DNA of 64,000 nt from an uncultured Candidatus Rokubacteria bacterium. GTDB lineage: Bacteria > Methylomirabilota > Methylomirabilia > Rokubacteriales > DASRDR01. The translations under genes were made by a program, and so were the position numbers. The notes beneath the pieces are model-generated. The model ran no database searches, was not told the DNA's origin, and worked only from the letters and a program-made list of their open reading frames with translations. Location: positions 115,093 to 179,092 of the forward strand of contig CAWDVE010000024.1 in the NCBI GenBank assembly GCA_963805625.1. Reading direction: 5' to 3'. This document shows, in pieces, positions 10,079 through 23,166 of the stretch; the stretch's first letter is position 1, and each line of letters starts with the position of its first letter.

Positions 10079-11415
10079 CCGCGGCTCCCCACAGATGCCG
10101 CTGACCGGGGCCCGGCCTCTGCCCGTGACATCGTCGGCGCGCGCTGCGTCCGAAACTGGACCAGATCCTTCGAGAAGACGATGTCGAGCAGCCAGTCGAG
10201 CGCGACGCGAACCTTCTTCTCGAGCCGGGGCAGCTTCGACAGGTAGATCGTCCGCCACAGCCACCACGCGACAAATCCCGAGAAATTGACGCCCAGGATC
10301 TGGGCGACCCCGGTCCGCCGGCCGATCGACGCGAGGAGCCCGATCGTCTTGAACGCGAACGTCTTCTTCTGACCGCTACCGATCGTGGCCAGGATGTTCT
10401 CGGCCACCACCCGACCCTGGCGCAGCGCGTGCTGCGCGGTGGGAGGATACGGTCGTCCCGTGGGATCCTGGATGACGGCACAGTCCCCGAGGGCCCACAC
10501 GCCGGGCCAACCGGGGACTTCCATGAAGGCGTTGGCGACCAGCCGTCCCCGCTCCTTCTGGCAGGGCAGGGCCGCCAGCAGGGGATTCGGCGCGGTCCCG
10601 GCCGTCCACACCAGCGTGTTCGCCGGGATCGCGGTGCCGTCGCCGAGTTTCACGCCGACCTCCGACATGCCCGCGATCTTCGTGTTCACTCGGATGTCGA
10701 CCTTCCGCTCGGTGAGCTTGCGCTGGGCGTAGGTGCCGAGTCGCTCGCCGAGCTCGGGCAGGATGACCGGGCCGTCGTGCACCAGCACGACGCGCAGCTG
10801 GGCTTCGGTGAGGTTGGGATAGAATCGCAGCGCCTCTCGCACGAAGTCGTTCACGGCCGCTACCGTCTCGACCCCCGCGAAGCCGCCGCCGGCGACGACG
10901 AACGTGAGGAGCGGCACCTTGACGCGGCAGCACTCGGGGTCGGCCTCCTCCAGGCACTCGATCAGGCGGTTCCGCAGCGCGATGGCGTCGCCCAGCGACT
11001 TCATGGTGAGCGCGCGCTCCTCGACGCCCGGCAGGTTGTAGAAATTCGTGATGGCCCCCAGACCGATCACCAGATGGTCGTAGTCCAGTTCGTGGCCGTG
11101 CGCGTCACCGCCGTGCGACACGGCCACCCGGCGCGCCTCGAGGTCGATCGCCTCCACCTCGCCCTGGACAAACTTCACGCGGCGGAGGAGCGTCCGGATC
11201 GGACTGACGATGTCCGTGATGTCGAGGTCGCTGGCGGCGACCTCGTGGAGCATCGGTGTGAACAGGAAGAAGTTCTCACGGTTGACGAGAGTGACCTCGA
11301 GCGCCGCGCCCCGGGCGAGCGCCTTCTCGAGCCGGAGGGCGGCGTAGATGCCACCGAAGCCACCCCCGAGAATCACGACCCGTGTGCGCGCCCCGCCGTT
11401 CATGCGGGTCTCCAT
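10075..11415 (-). CDS. type II NADH dehydrogenase-like FAD oxidoreductase, copy 1
   Basis: ILGGGFGG, FTPMLHEVA, VAGGGFAGVE, WTAG, ALGDCA, PPTAQHA. Confidence 0.9.
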   Translation of the reverse strand: METRMNGGARTRVVILGGGFGGIYAALRLEKALARGAALEVTLVNRENFFLFTPMLHEVAASDLDITDIVSPIRTLLRRVKFVQGEVEAIDLEARRVAVSHGGDAHGHELDYDHLVIGLGAITNFYNLPGVEERALTMKSLGDAIALRNRLIECLEEADPECCRVKVPLLTFVVAGGGFAGVETVAAVNDFVREALRFYPNLTEAQLRVVLVHDGPVILPELGERLGTYAQRKLTERKVDIRVNTKIAGMSEVGVKLGDGTAIPANTLVWTAGTAPNPLLAALPCQKERGRLVANAFMEVPGWPGVWALGDCAVIQDPTGRPYPPTAQHALRQGRVVAENILATIGSGQKKTFAFKTIGLLASIGRRTGVAQILGVNFSGFVAWWLWRTIYLSKLPRLEKKVRVALDWLLDIVFSKDLVQFRTQRAPTMSRAEAGPRSAASVGSRG

Positions 11416-11425
11416 GGCCGTGGCC

Positions 11426-14071
<2,646 letters not shown>

Positions 14072-14092
14072 GGTTTGGTCCCCCCTAGCGCC

Positions 14093-15199
14093 TTACGCGA
14101 GGTCCGCGACTTCACAGAACACCTTGATCGTGCCCTTGGCCGTGGTGAGCTTGTCGAGGAGGTCACGGTAGTTCTCGAGCCCCTTCACCGGATGCGTGAG
14201 GAGCCGTCCGAGCCAGCCGGCATACTCGGCCTCGGCCTGTGCCAAGTCGCGGACGCCCAGCTCGAAGTACTCGCGGTTCGCGTTGACCGTCCCGACCATG
14301 ACCTTGTTGCCCAGGACGAACTCGAGGTTGAGCTTGTCCGCCGGCACTTCGACCCGGCGATCACCGCCGGTGACGCTCGAGAGGACGAGGACGCCGTTCT
14401 TGCCGAGCGCTTGCATGCTCTCGAACACGACCGGAGAGTAGCCGGTCGCCTCGAAGATGAGGTCGAAGGGCCCGAACTTCTTCCCTCCGTCGGGGATCGG
14501 CACGTCGACCGTCGATTCATAGCGGGCGCCGAGCGCCTCGATCAGGTCGGAGTTGAGAAAGGGCTTGCGGGCGAGACCGAAGGTGGTGACCTCGAGGCCT
14601 CGGAGTCGTAGCACGAGGGTCGCGAGGAGGCCGATCGTCCCCGCGCCCATGACGGCCGCGCGCCGCGGTCGCCATACCCGCAGTCGCCGCTGGATCTCGT
14701 AGGCCTGGGCGATCCCCTTCTCGACGACGGTCATGGGCTCGAGGAGGACGCCGACCTCCCGGAGGCCCCGCGGCACCTTCACGATGAACTCGGCATCGTC
14801 CACGTAGTACTCCGTCAGGAACCCGTGCCGCAGATTGATCCCACGCTCGAAATACGTGTCGTCCGTCGTCATGTCGTTCGTGCCGATCAGGTCATACAGG
14901 CTGGTTCCGGGGCGACGGACCGTGGCCACGACGTAATCGCCGGGCTTCACGGCCGTCACGTTCGGCCCCACCGCCTCGACCTGGCCGAACCCTTCGTGGC
15001 CGATCACGAGGAAGTCGTACCCGGCGGGCGCGGCACCGTACTCCGCCGCGTTGATCTCCTTGTCGGTCCCATCGACGCCGACCCGGAGGACCCTGACGAG
15101 GACGCCCTGACCGCCCGGCACGTCCGTGACGGCGGGCTTGGGCAGGTCGGCCAGGTGCACGCTGTTCGGCTTCCCGGGCAGGACGGCAATGGCTCTCAT
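14093..15199 (-). CDS. glucose 1-dehydrogenase (Zn-dependent MDR family)
   Basis: [33 protein letters not shown]. Confidence 0.85.
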   Translation of the reverse strand: MRAIAVLPGKPNSVHLADLPKPAVTDVPGGQGVLVRVLRVGVDGTDKEINAAEYGAAPAGYDFLVIGHEGFGQVEAVGPNVTAVKPGDYVVATVRRPGTSLYDLIGTNDMTTDDTYFERGINLRHGFLTEYYVDDAEFIVKVPRGLREVGVLLEPMTVVEKGIAQAYEIQRRLRVWRPRRAAVMGAGTIGLLATLVLRLRGLEVTTFGLARKPFLNSDLIEALGARYESTVDVPIPDGGKKFGPFDLIFEATGYSPVVFESMQALGKNGVLVLSSVTGGDRRVEVPADKLNLEFVLGNKVMVGTVNANREYFELGVRDLAQAEAEYAGWLGRLLTHPVKGLENYRDLLDKLTTAKGTIKVFCEVADLA

Positions 15200-15277
15200 T
15201 CGACACCCTCCGACGTGTGGGGGAGCTGACCTGCGCCATCGGTCTGGTCGTTGATCCGACGCGCCTCTCGCAACGAG

Positions 15278-15306
15278 TTAGACACGTGTCGACCGTGCAG
15301 TGGTTC
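15278..15306 (-). promoter_or_regulatory. ECF-type promoter motif upstream of the glucose dehydrogenase operon
   Basis: CGAACC-N18-GTCTAA. Confidence 0.75.
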
Positions 15307-15445
15307 GCCGGCCCCGATTCGCGCGTGATGCCTGGACGTGACCGCGCCCGCCAATACTTGGTGCCCGGGCCCGACAGATGTCAGATGCGTGACGAAACGC
15401 GGCCTGGGGAGGGGCCGCGAGGCGAGGGGAGAGCCTCGAACGGCG

Positions 15446-15757
15446 CTATGATCGCCTGGGGCCTAGTCGACCGAGGAGGAGGTCGCGGAGTCGATCCTTC
15501 AGTTCCTCCGGCATCTCGACCCGGCTCACGTCACCGACGAGCCGCCGGCTCCGGTCGTATGTCTTGAGGTAGGCTCGGCAGGGCGCGCAGTCCTGGAGGT
15601 GGCGCTCGAACGCGGCCACCGTGTCCGGATCCAGCGCCTCCTCCAGGTAGTCGAGGAGGAAACCGATGACGTCCCGACACGTCAATGGCGGAGTACCGGC
15701 CCCAGATGGCGTCGGAACCTCCGGCGATGGCTCAGAACGATGCTTAGGGAAACTCAC
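15446..15757 (-). CDS. soluble zf-HC2 anti-sigma factor
   Basis: LTCRDVIGFLLDYLE..HLQDCAPC (HxxxCxxC); AGGAGG before GTG 15757. Confidence 0.85.
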   Translation of the reverse strand: MSFPKHRSEPSPEVPTPSGAGTPPLTCRDVIGFLLDYLEEALDPDTVAAFERHLQDCAPCRAYLKTYDRSRRLVGDVSRVEMPEELKDRLRDLLLGRLGPRRS

Positions 15758-15773
15758 GTGCCGGACCCTCCTG

Positions 15774-16778
15774 TCAAACCGTTGCCGCCGTGGCAAGCCC
15801 ACGCGGAGGGGTGACCTCTGCCCAGGGCGCGGGCATCGTCCCGCGGCGGGCCAGGACACGCTCGGGGTGGCCGAGATCTGACCACTCGACCCCCCGCACC
15901 GGGAGGACTGCCAGGAGCGCGGGATTCGGGGCCAGCACGCCTCGGGAGAAGTCCGCGGACGGCAGCCGGTGATAGACGGCCTCCGCCACCGCGGCCTCCA
16001 CGGGCGTCCCCAGGAACTGTCGGAGCGGGAGGAATGCCTGGGATAGGTCAGGGAGCGCGCGGTCGATCAGGCCAAGCAGACTGGCCACCCGGCCAACCAT
16101 GACGAAACTGTTCCACAGGCAGCCGTCCTCGAGCAGGGTCCGCGCGAGATCCGGGGCGGGCTTCTCCCAGAAGCGCCGGACCCGATACAGAGGCGACCCC
16201 GGCGACCCGGACACCGGGTTGGCGGGCTCGATCCACCCGTACTCCGTCTCGGGCCGATCGGGTGAGACACCGAGGAGTGCGATCAGGTCCGGCCGAGCGA
16301 CCGCCAGGTCGAAGGCCCTTTCAACATGCGCCATGAACGCCTCGACGTCGGACACGTAGTGGTCCGAGGGGAAGATCGCGACGGAGTCATTCGGCGCGAC
16401 CGCCGCGACCCGCAGGAGCGCGTAGAGGATCGCCGGAGCAGTCCCGCGGTTCTTGGGTTGCGCTACGAGCTGTCGGGGCGAGACATCGGCCAGCAGCGGA
16501 GCATAGAAGCGCTCGTGGGCTGTGGTGACCGAGAAGACCGTCCGGGACGCCGGGACCCCAAGGGCGACTCGCCGTCGCGTCTCACCGAGGAGAGTCTCCT
16601 CGCCAAGGAGCGGGCAGAACTGCTTGGGTCGGTCGTCACCGGCGATCCGCCGGGTCAGGTCGCGCAGCCGCGTACCGTCACCGCCCGCCAGGATGATGGC
16701 CCAGCGCTCAGGCCGGGCCGGATGAGCCCGGAGGTCCCGCGGATTGTGCTGCCCGTCTCGTGTGGTGATGTCGGCCAT
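15774..16778 (-). CDS. mannose-1-phosphate guanylyltransferase-like nucleotidyltransferase
   Basis: ILAGGDGTRL, PKQF, NRGTAPA, PSDH, EYGWI, FWEKP, WSDLG. Confidence 0.88.
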   Translation of the reverse strand: MADITTRDGQHNPRDLRAHPARPERWAIILAGGDGTRLRDLTRRIAGDDRPKQFCPLLGEETLLGETRRRVALGVPASRTVFSVTTAHERFYAPLLADVSPRQLVAQPKNRGTAPAILYALLRVAAVAPNDSVAIFPSDHYVSDVEAFMAHVERAFDLAVARPDLIALLGVSPDRPETEYGWIEPANPVSGSPGSPLYRVRRFWEKPAPDLARTLLEDGCLWNSFVMVGRVASLLGLIDRALPDLSQAFLPLRQFLGTPVEAAVAEAVYHRLPSADFSRGVLAPNPALLAVLPVRGVEWSDLGHPERVLARRGTMPAPWAEVTPPRGLATAATV

Positions 16779-16808
16779 CTTCCGCGCCCTCCTCGATCCC
16801 TTTGGCCG

Positions 16809-16837
16809 TTGGACACAGGATCCGACCTCGCGGGTTC
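16809..16837 (-). promoter_or_regulatory. ECF-type promoter motif upstream of the nucleotidyltransferase/anti-sigma pair
   Basis: CGAACC-N18-GTCCAA. Confidence 0.75.
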
Positions 16838-16931
16838 GCCCGGGGTGACTCGACGGGCCCTGGCACGGGCGGCTCCCGGGTCGGCCGAACCTCGGGTCCC
16901 CTTCGTGTCGAGCCGGCTTCGTCCCGTTGCC

Positions 16932-17609
16932 TCAACAGCTCGGGACCGGGCGACCGTCTGGGACGCCTCCGAACGCGAGCGACCGCGTCACCTGCTCGCG
17001 GAGCGCCATCCGGGCCCGATGGAGCCTGGACTTCACCGAGGCCACCGAATCGTGCAGGATTTCGGCCGTCTCCTCGTTGGAAAGCTCTTCCATGTCCCGC
17101 AGCAAGAGGACGACTCGGTAGTGGTCCGGTAAGCTCGCGATCATGTGGCGGACGGCACGTCGGGTCTCATTGGACAGAAGCTCCTCCTCAGGGGTCTCGG
17201 ACCAGTCGGCCAGGAGCAAGGCCCGGTCCCCCTCGCGGTGCCCGTCCTCACGGAACGTCGGCAGGTGATCTTCGAGGAGCACCTCCAGCTCGACGCGCTT
17301 CCCTCGCCGCTTGATGAGCGCGGCGTTGACCGTGATCCGGTAGATCCACGTGCCCAGAGCCGCTCGGCCCTCGAACCCCTCGATCTTTCGGAAGAGGGTC
17401 AGGAACACGTCCTGGACGACTTCCTCGGCGTCGGCCTCGTTCCGGGTGATGCCGTACGCTAGACGATGGACCCGGGGCCCGAACTGCTCCATGAGACCCT
17501 CGAGGGCGGCTGTGTCGCCGCCGCGCAGCTGGTCGATCAGGGTCGTTTCGGTCTCGGTCCGCATGGTCGCCCCCGAATTCATCCTGGAGTGTTCGGAACC
17601 GGTCAGCAT
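16932..17609 (-). CDS. ECF sigma-70 factor
   Basis: DAEEVVQDVF, FEGRAALGTWIYRI, region 4 SVKSRLHRAR. Confidence 0.93.
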   Translation of the reverse strand: MLTGSEHSRMNSGATMRTETETTLIDQLRGGDTAALEGLMEQFGPRVHRLAYGITRNEADAEEVVQDVFLTLFRKIEGFEGRAALGTWIYRITVNAALIKRRGKRVELEVLLEDHLPTFREDGHREGDRALLLADWSETPEEELLSNETRRAVRHMIASLPDHYRVVLLLRDMEELSNEETAEILHDSVASVKSRLHRARMALREQVTRSLAFGGVPDGRPVPSC

Positions 17610-17872
17610 GGTAATAGCGCCTTGAGTTGCTCGGAGACGAACGCTGGACAATTCACAACCGTCACGCCGTCATCGACCAGGTCTTTTAGGAGCCTCACTC
17701 CGTCTCGCTCGAGGAACGCGACCTCGGCGAGATCGAGTGTCAGCGTGGCGCCAGTCGCCAAAATCCGCTCACACGACCGCCTGAGCTCGCTCACCCACGG
17801 GCCGATGACCCGGCCCTCGAGGCTCAGTGTTGCGCCGTCCCCGGATTTCTCGAGCGCCACGATCCTAAGCAT
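17603..17872 (-). CDS. small STAS-like protein
   Basis: MLRI..LSLEGRVIGPWVSEL..LDLAEVAFLERDG; overlaps the sigma factor start. Confidence 0.75.
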   Translation of the reverse strand: MLRIVALEKSGDGATLSLEGRVIGPWVSELRRSCERILATGATLTLDLAEVAFLERDGVRLLKDLVDDGVTVVNCPAFVSEQLKALLPC

Positions 17873-17898
17873 TCGGTGCCCCCCGCCCGCCAGCATGG

Positions 17899-17913
17899 GC
17901 AAGAGACGTGCCC
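17899..17913 (-). promoter_or_regulatory. sigma-54 promoter for the STAS-ECF sigma operon
   Basis: GGGCACG-TCTC-TTGC; repeats TACG-N5-TCGTGA at 18006-18020 and 18058-18072 are candidate UAS. Confidence 0.8.
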
Positions 17914-18105
17914 AGAGGTGTGGAAGAGACGTATTGCGCGTCAAACGTCGAGAATGGCTGGAGGTTTCCGGATCGGGCCGAGCGCCGGGAGAAAGAACTA
18001 CGTCCTACGGTATTTCGTGATGCCTGGAGACCTCGTAGTCACGAGGCGGCTACGGCTTACGACATGTCGTGACATGTGGGGCCGGCGCGGCCGGCCCTTC
18101 CAAGA

Positions 18106-20811
18106 CTACGAGGCTTCGTGACGGGCTCGCGGGACCGCAATCCCAAGCTTTTCCATGCGGCTCCGGAGCGTATTGGGATGGAGGGCGAGAATCCTGGCGG
18201 CACCCCGGGAACCGTGGATCACGCCTCCGGTTCGCTCCAGGGCGGCGAGGATATGCCGGCGCTCCGCCTCCTCCAGCGTGACGAGGTCTACCGGCGTTGA
18301 ATCGCTCGCGGCCTGTGCTTCCCGTGAATCACGGACCGCCGGCCCCGGGCTCTCCGGTGAGACTTCGGGTTCACGGGCCGGCCCGTCCGCCCGTTTGCCA
18401 GGGGCGAGATCCCGGCCCAGCTCCAGGATCGGCCCCTCGCAGAGCACGACCGCCCGCTCGATGATGTTCTGGAGCTCCCGGATGTTCCCCGGCCACGCGT
18501 AGGTTGCCAGGCGCTCCATGGTCTCCGGCGATACGGAGGCGATCCGCTTGCCGAACCTCTTAGCGAAGCGCGACAGGAAGAAGGTCACCAGCTGCGGGAT
18601 GTCCGATCGCCGGTCACGCAGCGGCGAGACTTCGATCGGGAAAACGTTCAGCCGGTAGAAGAGGTCGCTTCGGAACCGGCCCGCACGGAGGGCTTCCTGG
18701 AGGTCCCGGTTCGTCGCGGCGATGACCCGCACGTCGACGCGGACGGTCCGGCTCGACCCCACCGGCTCGAACTCCTGCTCCTGAAGGACGCGGAGCAGCT
18801 TGACCTGCGTCTCGAGCGGGAGCTCGCCGATCTCATCGAGGAAGATTGTCCCGCCGTCGGCCAGCTCGAAGCGGCCCACGCGGCGCTCGAGGGCGCCAGT
18901 GAAGGCGCCCTTCACGTGCCCGAAGAGCTCGCTTTCAACCAAGCCCGCTGAGATGGCGCTACAGTTCACCTTCACCAGCGGCCGGTCGCGGCGGCCGCTA
19001 CGGTTGTGGATCGCGCGGGCGATCAGCTCCTTGCCGGTCCCAGTCTCCCCGAGGACGAGCACGCTGGTATCGGTCGGCGCAACCTGCTCGACCTGCCGAA
19101 GGGTCGCGAGAAGCGCCGGACTCGACCCCACGAGCTCTTCGAAGGGATGCTCTCGACGAATCTCTTCCTGCAGATAGACGTTCTCGCGCGCCAACCGGTC
19201 GCGGAGGCTCTGGACCTCCTCGTAGGCTAAGCAGTGGTCCAGGGCGACCGCCACCGCGCCCGCCACCTGGTCGAGCAGGCTGCGACGTAGCTCGGTGTAC
19301 GCTGCCTTCCTGGCCGCCATGAAGAACAGCACGCCGAGGCAGCGCTGGCCGCTTAGCAGCGGGATCGCGCAGAGGGACTCCATTTCCTCCCGTCGCATGA
19401 CATCGAAGGTGACCGGAAAACGCGCCCGCAGCTCGTCCCGGGAGGATGCGACGAGCCACTGCTGGGTTTCCTCGGTCCAGCGACAGGCAGTGCCCGCTGC
19501 TGGCAGTTCCTCCACCTGCGCCGAAGCCCCGGCGGACCCGGGTGCGAACACGTGAGCCCTGAGCTTGCCCCCGTCGACAGGGAGCTCGATCCCGAAGCGG
19601 TCGGACGGCAGGATGTCGCGCAAGCACTGCGCCAAAGTGGCGAACAGCTCGTCCCGGTGCAGATGGAGGGCCACGGCCCGGTTGACCTCGAGGAGCGCCG
19701 CCAGCTCGTCCCGGAATTTGCCCAGCTCCTCGTAGGCCACGCAGTGGTCCACCGCCACCGCGACGGCGGCGGCGATCTGCTCGAGCAGGGCCGGGGGGAC
19801 CGAACCCCAGGCGCCGGCCGGCTTCGCCATCAGGGCGAGCGTGCCCACGCAGCGCCCTTCGGCCAGGAGGGGCACGACGGCGATCGAGTCCATCCTCTCC
19901 TGCAGGATCCGCTCGTAGCTAACTGGGAAGCTCTCCCGAACCTCTTCCGCGTGCGCAACGACAAACGGTCGGCCGTGCTCCACGACCCACCCCGCGATTG
20001 TCCCGGCCCGCGGAAGGGTCTCGCCCTCGAAGAACTGGATACCTGTCTTTCCGTAAGCCGCGTATACGGTCAACGTCGACGGGTCGCCGCCTGGCAGGAG
20101 CAGGACCACGCGCTCCACTGGGACTACCCCGTGGAGCGCCTCCGCAACGGCCGTGAACAGCGTCCGGCGGTCGAGATGACCCGCGACGGCGTGCTGAATC
20201 TCCACGAGCGCGGCCAGCTGATCGCGGGCGAGCCTCAGGTCCCGCGCGGTCCGCTCCAGCCGGAACTCGAGATCGAGGCTGGCCTGTTCCAGCGCGGCCT
20301 CGGCGCGCAGCCGTTCGAGCTCGACGCGCGCGCGGTCGGCGAAGAGTTGGAACATGTCTTGGAACGTGCGGTCGCCGGTCATCGGCTTGGTGTCGATAAC
20401 GGCCAGGTGCCCAAGCGTGTTCCCGCTGACGGACCGCAGCGGCACCCCGAGGTAGCTGCGCGCGGACATCTCGACAAGCGGGGTGTCCCGCGGGAACCGC
20501 TCCTGCACGCCGTCCAGATGGAGGCAGAGAGCCCCTCGCAGCACCTCCTCGCATGGTGTGCCCTCGAGGTCGAACTCGACGTTGTCGAGCCACTCCCCGC
20601 GCCCCCAGAAGGCGATCGTCCGCACTCGCGTCGGCGAGCCGGCGAACTCCGCCACGAAACCGTAGGCCACGTCCAGCGCCAGGGCCAGATGCTTGACGAG
20701 ATGGCGGAAGAACTCTTCTCCCGCCTTGTCGGCGGTCGCCTCCACGATCGAGCGGAAAGCGAGATCCTCCCGAATGGCCAGATCGTGCGAGCGAGGGGGC
20801 TCAGCGGGCAT
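18106..20811 (-). CDS. sigma-54-dependent activator with three GAF domains (FhlA-like)
   Basis: Repeated GAF segments, GETGTGKE, GAFTGA, WPGNIREL, C-terminal HTH. Confidence 0.93.
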   Translation of the reverse strand: MPAEPPRSHDLAIREDLAFRSIVEATADKAGEEFFRHLVKHLALALDVAYGFVAEFAGSPTRVRTIAFWGRGEWLDNVEFDLEGTPCEEVLRGALCLHLDGVQERFPRDTPLVEMSARSYLGVPLRSVSGNTLGHLAVIDTKPMTGDRTFQDMFQLFADRARVELERLRAEAALEQASLDLEFRLERTARDLRLARDQLAALVEIQHAVAGHLDRRTLFTAVAEALHGVVPVERVVLLLPGGDPSTLTVYAAYGKTGIQFFEGETLPRAGTIAGWVVEHGRPFVVAHAEEVRESFPVSYERILQERMDSIAVVPLLAEGRCVGTLALMAKPAGAWGSVPPALLEQIAAAVAVAVDHCVAYEELGKFRDELAALLEVNRAVALHLHRDELFATLAQCLRDILPSDRFGIELPVDGGKLRAHVFAPGSAGASAQVEELPAAGTACRWTEETQQWLVASSRDELRARFPVTFDVMRREEMESLCAIPLLSGQRCLGVLFFMAARKAAYTELRRSLLDQVAGAVAVALDHCLAYEEVQSLRDRLARENVYLQEEIRREHPFEELVGSSPALLATLRQVEQVAPTDTSVLVLGETGTGKELIARAIHNRSGRRDRPLVKVNCSAISAGLVESELFGHVKGAFTGALERRVGRFELADGGTIFLDEIGELPLETQVKLLRVLQEQEFEPVGSSRTVRVDVRVIAATNRDLQEALRAGRFRSDLFYRLNVFPIEVSPLRDRRSDIPQLVTFFLSRFAKRFGKRIASVSPETMERLATYAWPGNIRELQNIIERAVVLCEGPILELGRDLAPGKRADGPAREPEVSPESPGPAVRDSREAQAASDSTPVDLVTLEEAERRHILAALERTGGVIHGSRGAARILALHPNTLRSRMEKLGIAVPRARHEAS

Positions 20812-20892
20812 AATGCCTAGATCATAGCGTACCGGAGAACCATCCGGCGGGTGGGTGGGGGTGGAAGCCTCCCGACTGCGGGGGGGCCGGCC

Positions 20893-21366
20893 CTACCGAA
20901 GGAGGTCGAGCGCGGCCAGCGACATGATCTGCACACCCATGGGCAGGGCGTCCTCGTCGATATCGAAGCCGGGGCGATGCCAGATCTCGGTGATGCCCTT
21001 CTCCGGGTTCGCGGTACCGAGTAGCATGAGGCAACCCGGCGCCGCGGCCATGAAGAGGCCAAGGTCGTCCGCGAATCGATGGCGCCAGTTCGTCAGGATG
21101 TTTGCCTGGCCAATGACCCGCTGCGCCGCCCGCTCGAGGGCGTCGGTGACGTCATCGTCATTGGCGGAGGCCAGGAGCGCGTAGTCGACCTCCTGGCTGA
21201 GCGTGCCGCCGGCCGCGGTGACGATGGCTCCGGCGACTTCCTCGATCCGGTTGAGCAGGCGGGCGCGCAGGGTGTTCTCATACAGCGCCAGGTTGAACTC
21301 GACGGCGGCGCGACTGGGCTCGCCCCGGCCCAAGAGAACCCTCGATGGCCGCCTGACGAGGCTCAC
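20893..21366 (-). pseudogene. M20 amidohydrolase C-terminal fragment
   Basis: ADDLGLFM..PG..LLGT..WHRPGFDIDEDAL; N-terminal part missing. Confidence 0.7.
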
Positions 21367-21496
21367 CGCGGCCGCATTGCTCGGCCTCGAGGGACCGCAC
21401 CCGGAAGGTCACGGGTTCGGGTGATTGCCCCTCGCGCTCCACGAGGGCGTAGGTCATGTCCGTTCCGCTGTCCCCGTCCGCGGTCCCGCGACCGGC

Positions 21497-23131
21497 TCAG
21501 GGGCGGATGCCGACAACGCTCAGCCGGATCCGGTAGAGCCCGGTTTGGGCCGCCAGATAAAGCGTGCGGCCGTCGTCGTCGCCCCAGGCCAGGTTGTGCG
21601 GGTGCTCGGGCCCCTTGAGCGTGCCGAGGTGCTTCCCTTCGGGCGAAAGGATCCAGAGGCCACCGGGCCCCGAGACGTAGAGGTTGCCGCGCTCGTCGAC
21701 CTTGATCCCGTCCAGGGCGTCCTCGCCCGGCGAGCTGGTCATGTCGAAGAAGACCTGCCCGTTGACCAGGCTGCCATCGGGCCGAGCCTCGTACCGCATG
21801 ACGATCTTCTTCTGGGGATCCCAGTTGCCCACGTAGAGATACCGCTCGTCGGGCGAGAACGCGAGGCCGTTGGGCCCGGCCAGGTCGGTGCCGACCAGCT
21901 TCAGCTCGCCGTTGATGAGGCAGAAGACCCCACTGAACGGCAGCTCCTTGCGCGGGTCGTCGGCGAACTTCGGCAGCCCGAACGGCGGGTCGGTGAAGTA
22001 GAGCGCGCCATCGGAGCGGTACACGAGATCGTTCGGGCTGTTCAAGCGCTTCCCCTGGTATCGATCCGCGAGGATCGTCAGGGCGCCAGTCTTTTCGAGG
22101 CGCACCACGCGGCGATTCCCGTGCTCGTTGATCGTGAGCCGGCCCTCGCGGTCGAGGGTGAGCCCGTTCGAGCCCGGCTGGCCGTAGTCGCCGACGTCCA
22201 CGCCGGCGTAGCCGCTCTTTGTCCGGAATACCGAGACCTGGCCGTCCGAGGACCAACGATAGATCGTGTTGGCGTTGGGATCGCTGAAGAGGAGATACCC
22301 CTCGGTGGTCGCGGTCCGGGGGATCCAGACGGGCCCCTCGGTGAAGAGGAAGTCGTCCGCCAGTTTCTCGATCTTTGCCGACCGCGGCACGATGGCATCG
22401 AGGGCCGCGGCCTGCCGGATGATCTCAGTGCGGACCTCCTGGGTGCGACCCGCTTGGCCGGGCTTGTAGAAATCGAGCGTGGCCGAGCGTACCCAGATGA
22501 AGTTCCCCGGCGGGTTCGACACGGGGCCGTTCATGCCGAACACAGCGAGCTGGAACTGCTGGCCCGGCCGTGCGTCGCGGCTGAGGACGACGCGATTGGG
22601 GGCGTTGAAGCCCTTCACCAGCGGGCCCCCGGTCTGCCCGAGCACGATTGGCAGGTTCCCGTCCACCCACACCTCGGCGTAGTCGTCGATGACGATCTCG
22701 AAGACGACGGTCGAGCCGGTGGGGTCGAACGAGCCCACCCGGTCGGGGATCGTCACTTTGGTCCGGTACCAGTTGAAGCTCAGCCGCCCGTTACCCTTGC
22801 GCGCCTCCAGCTGTGAGGCAGGCAGGGGCGCCCACGCCGAGTCGTCGAAGTCAGCCGCCCCGGCGTGGGGGGTGATGTCGTAGGTCCGGTTCGCGAAGCC
22901 GGAGGGTCTGAGGTCCGGGCCGGGGGCTCGGTGCTCGACCTCGACAATCTTGACGTCGCTGTAGCGCCACTGCCCCTGGACGAGCCGGACACCCTCGTCA
23001 GTTGCGAGGTTGATGATCGCCGCGGGCCGCCCGGCCGGCGCATCCGCCGTGGTCTGCGCCGCTGCCCCGAACGGTGCGACGGCCAGGATGGCCATCATCA
23101 TGACCGGACCGAGTCGGACTCGCGCTCCCAT
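21497..23131 (-). CDS. secreted SMP-30/gluconolactonase with an extra N-terminal domain
   Basis: Signal peptide; FTEGPVW, SNGL, NSPNDL, PNGLAFSPD, DGIKVD. Confidence 0.9.
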   Translation of the reverse strand: MGARVRLGPVMMMAILAVAPFGAAAQTTADAPAGRPAAIINLATDEGVRLVQGQWRYSDVKIVEVEHRAPGPDLRPSGFANRTYDITPHAGAADFDDSAWAPLPASQLEARKGNGRLSFNWYRTKVTIPDRVGSFDPTGSTVVFEIVIDDYAEVWVDGNLPIVLGQTGGPLVKGFNAPNRVVLSRDARPGQQFQLAVFGMNGPVSNPPGNFIWVRSATLDFYKPGQAGRTQEVRTEIIRQAAALDAIVPRSAKIEKLADDFLFTEGPVWIPRTATTEGYLLFSDPNANTIYRWSSDGQVSVFRTKSGYAGVDVGDYGQPGSNGLTLDREGRLTINEHGNRRVVRLEKTGALTILADRYQGKRLNSPNDLVYRSDGALYFTDPPFGLPKFADDPRKELPFSGVFCLINGELKLVGTDLAGPNGLAFSPDERYLYVGNWDPQKKIVMRYEARPDGSLVNGQVFFDMTSSPGEDALDGIKVDERGNLYVSGPGGLWILSPEGKHLGTLKGPEHPHNLAWGDDDGRTLYLAAQTGLYRIRLSVVGIRP

Positions 23132-23166
23132 GGGATATCTCCTCTCGCGGCGCGCGTGTGCGCTCG

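Noticed and set aside
21389-21418. Eleventh ECF motif (GAACC-N18-GTCCCT, minus strand)
   Set aside because: Poor -10 match and it precedes only a gene fragment
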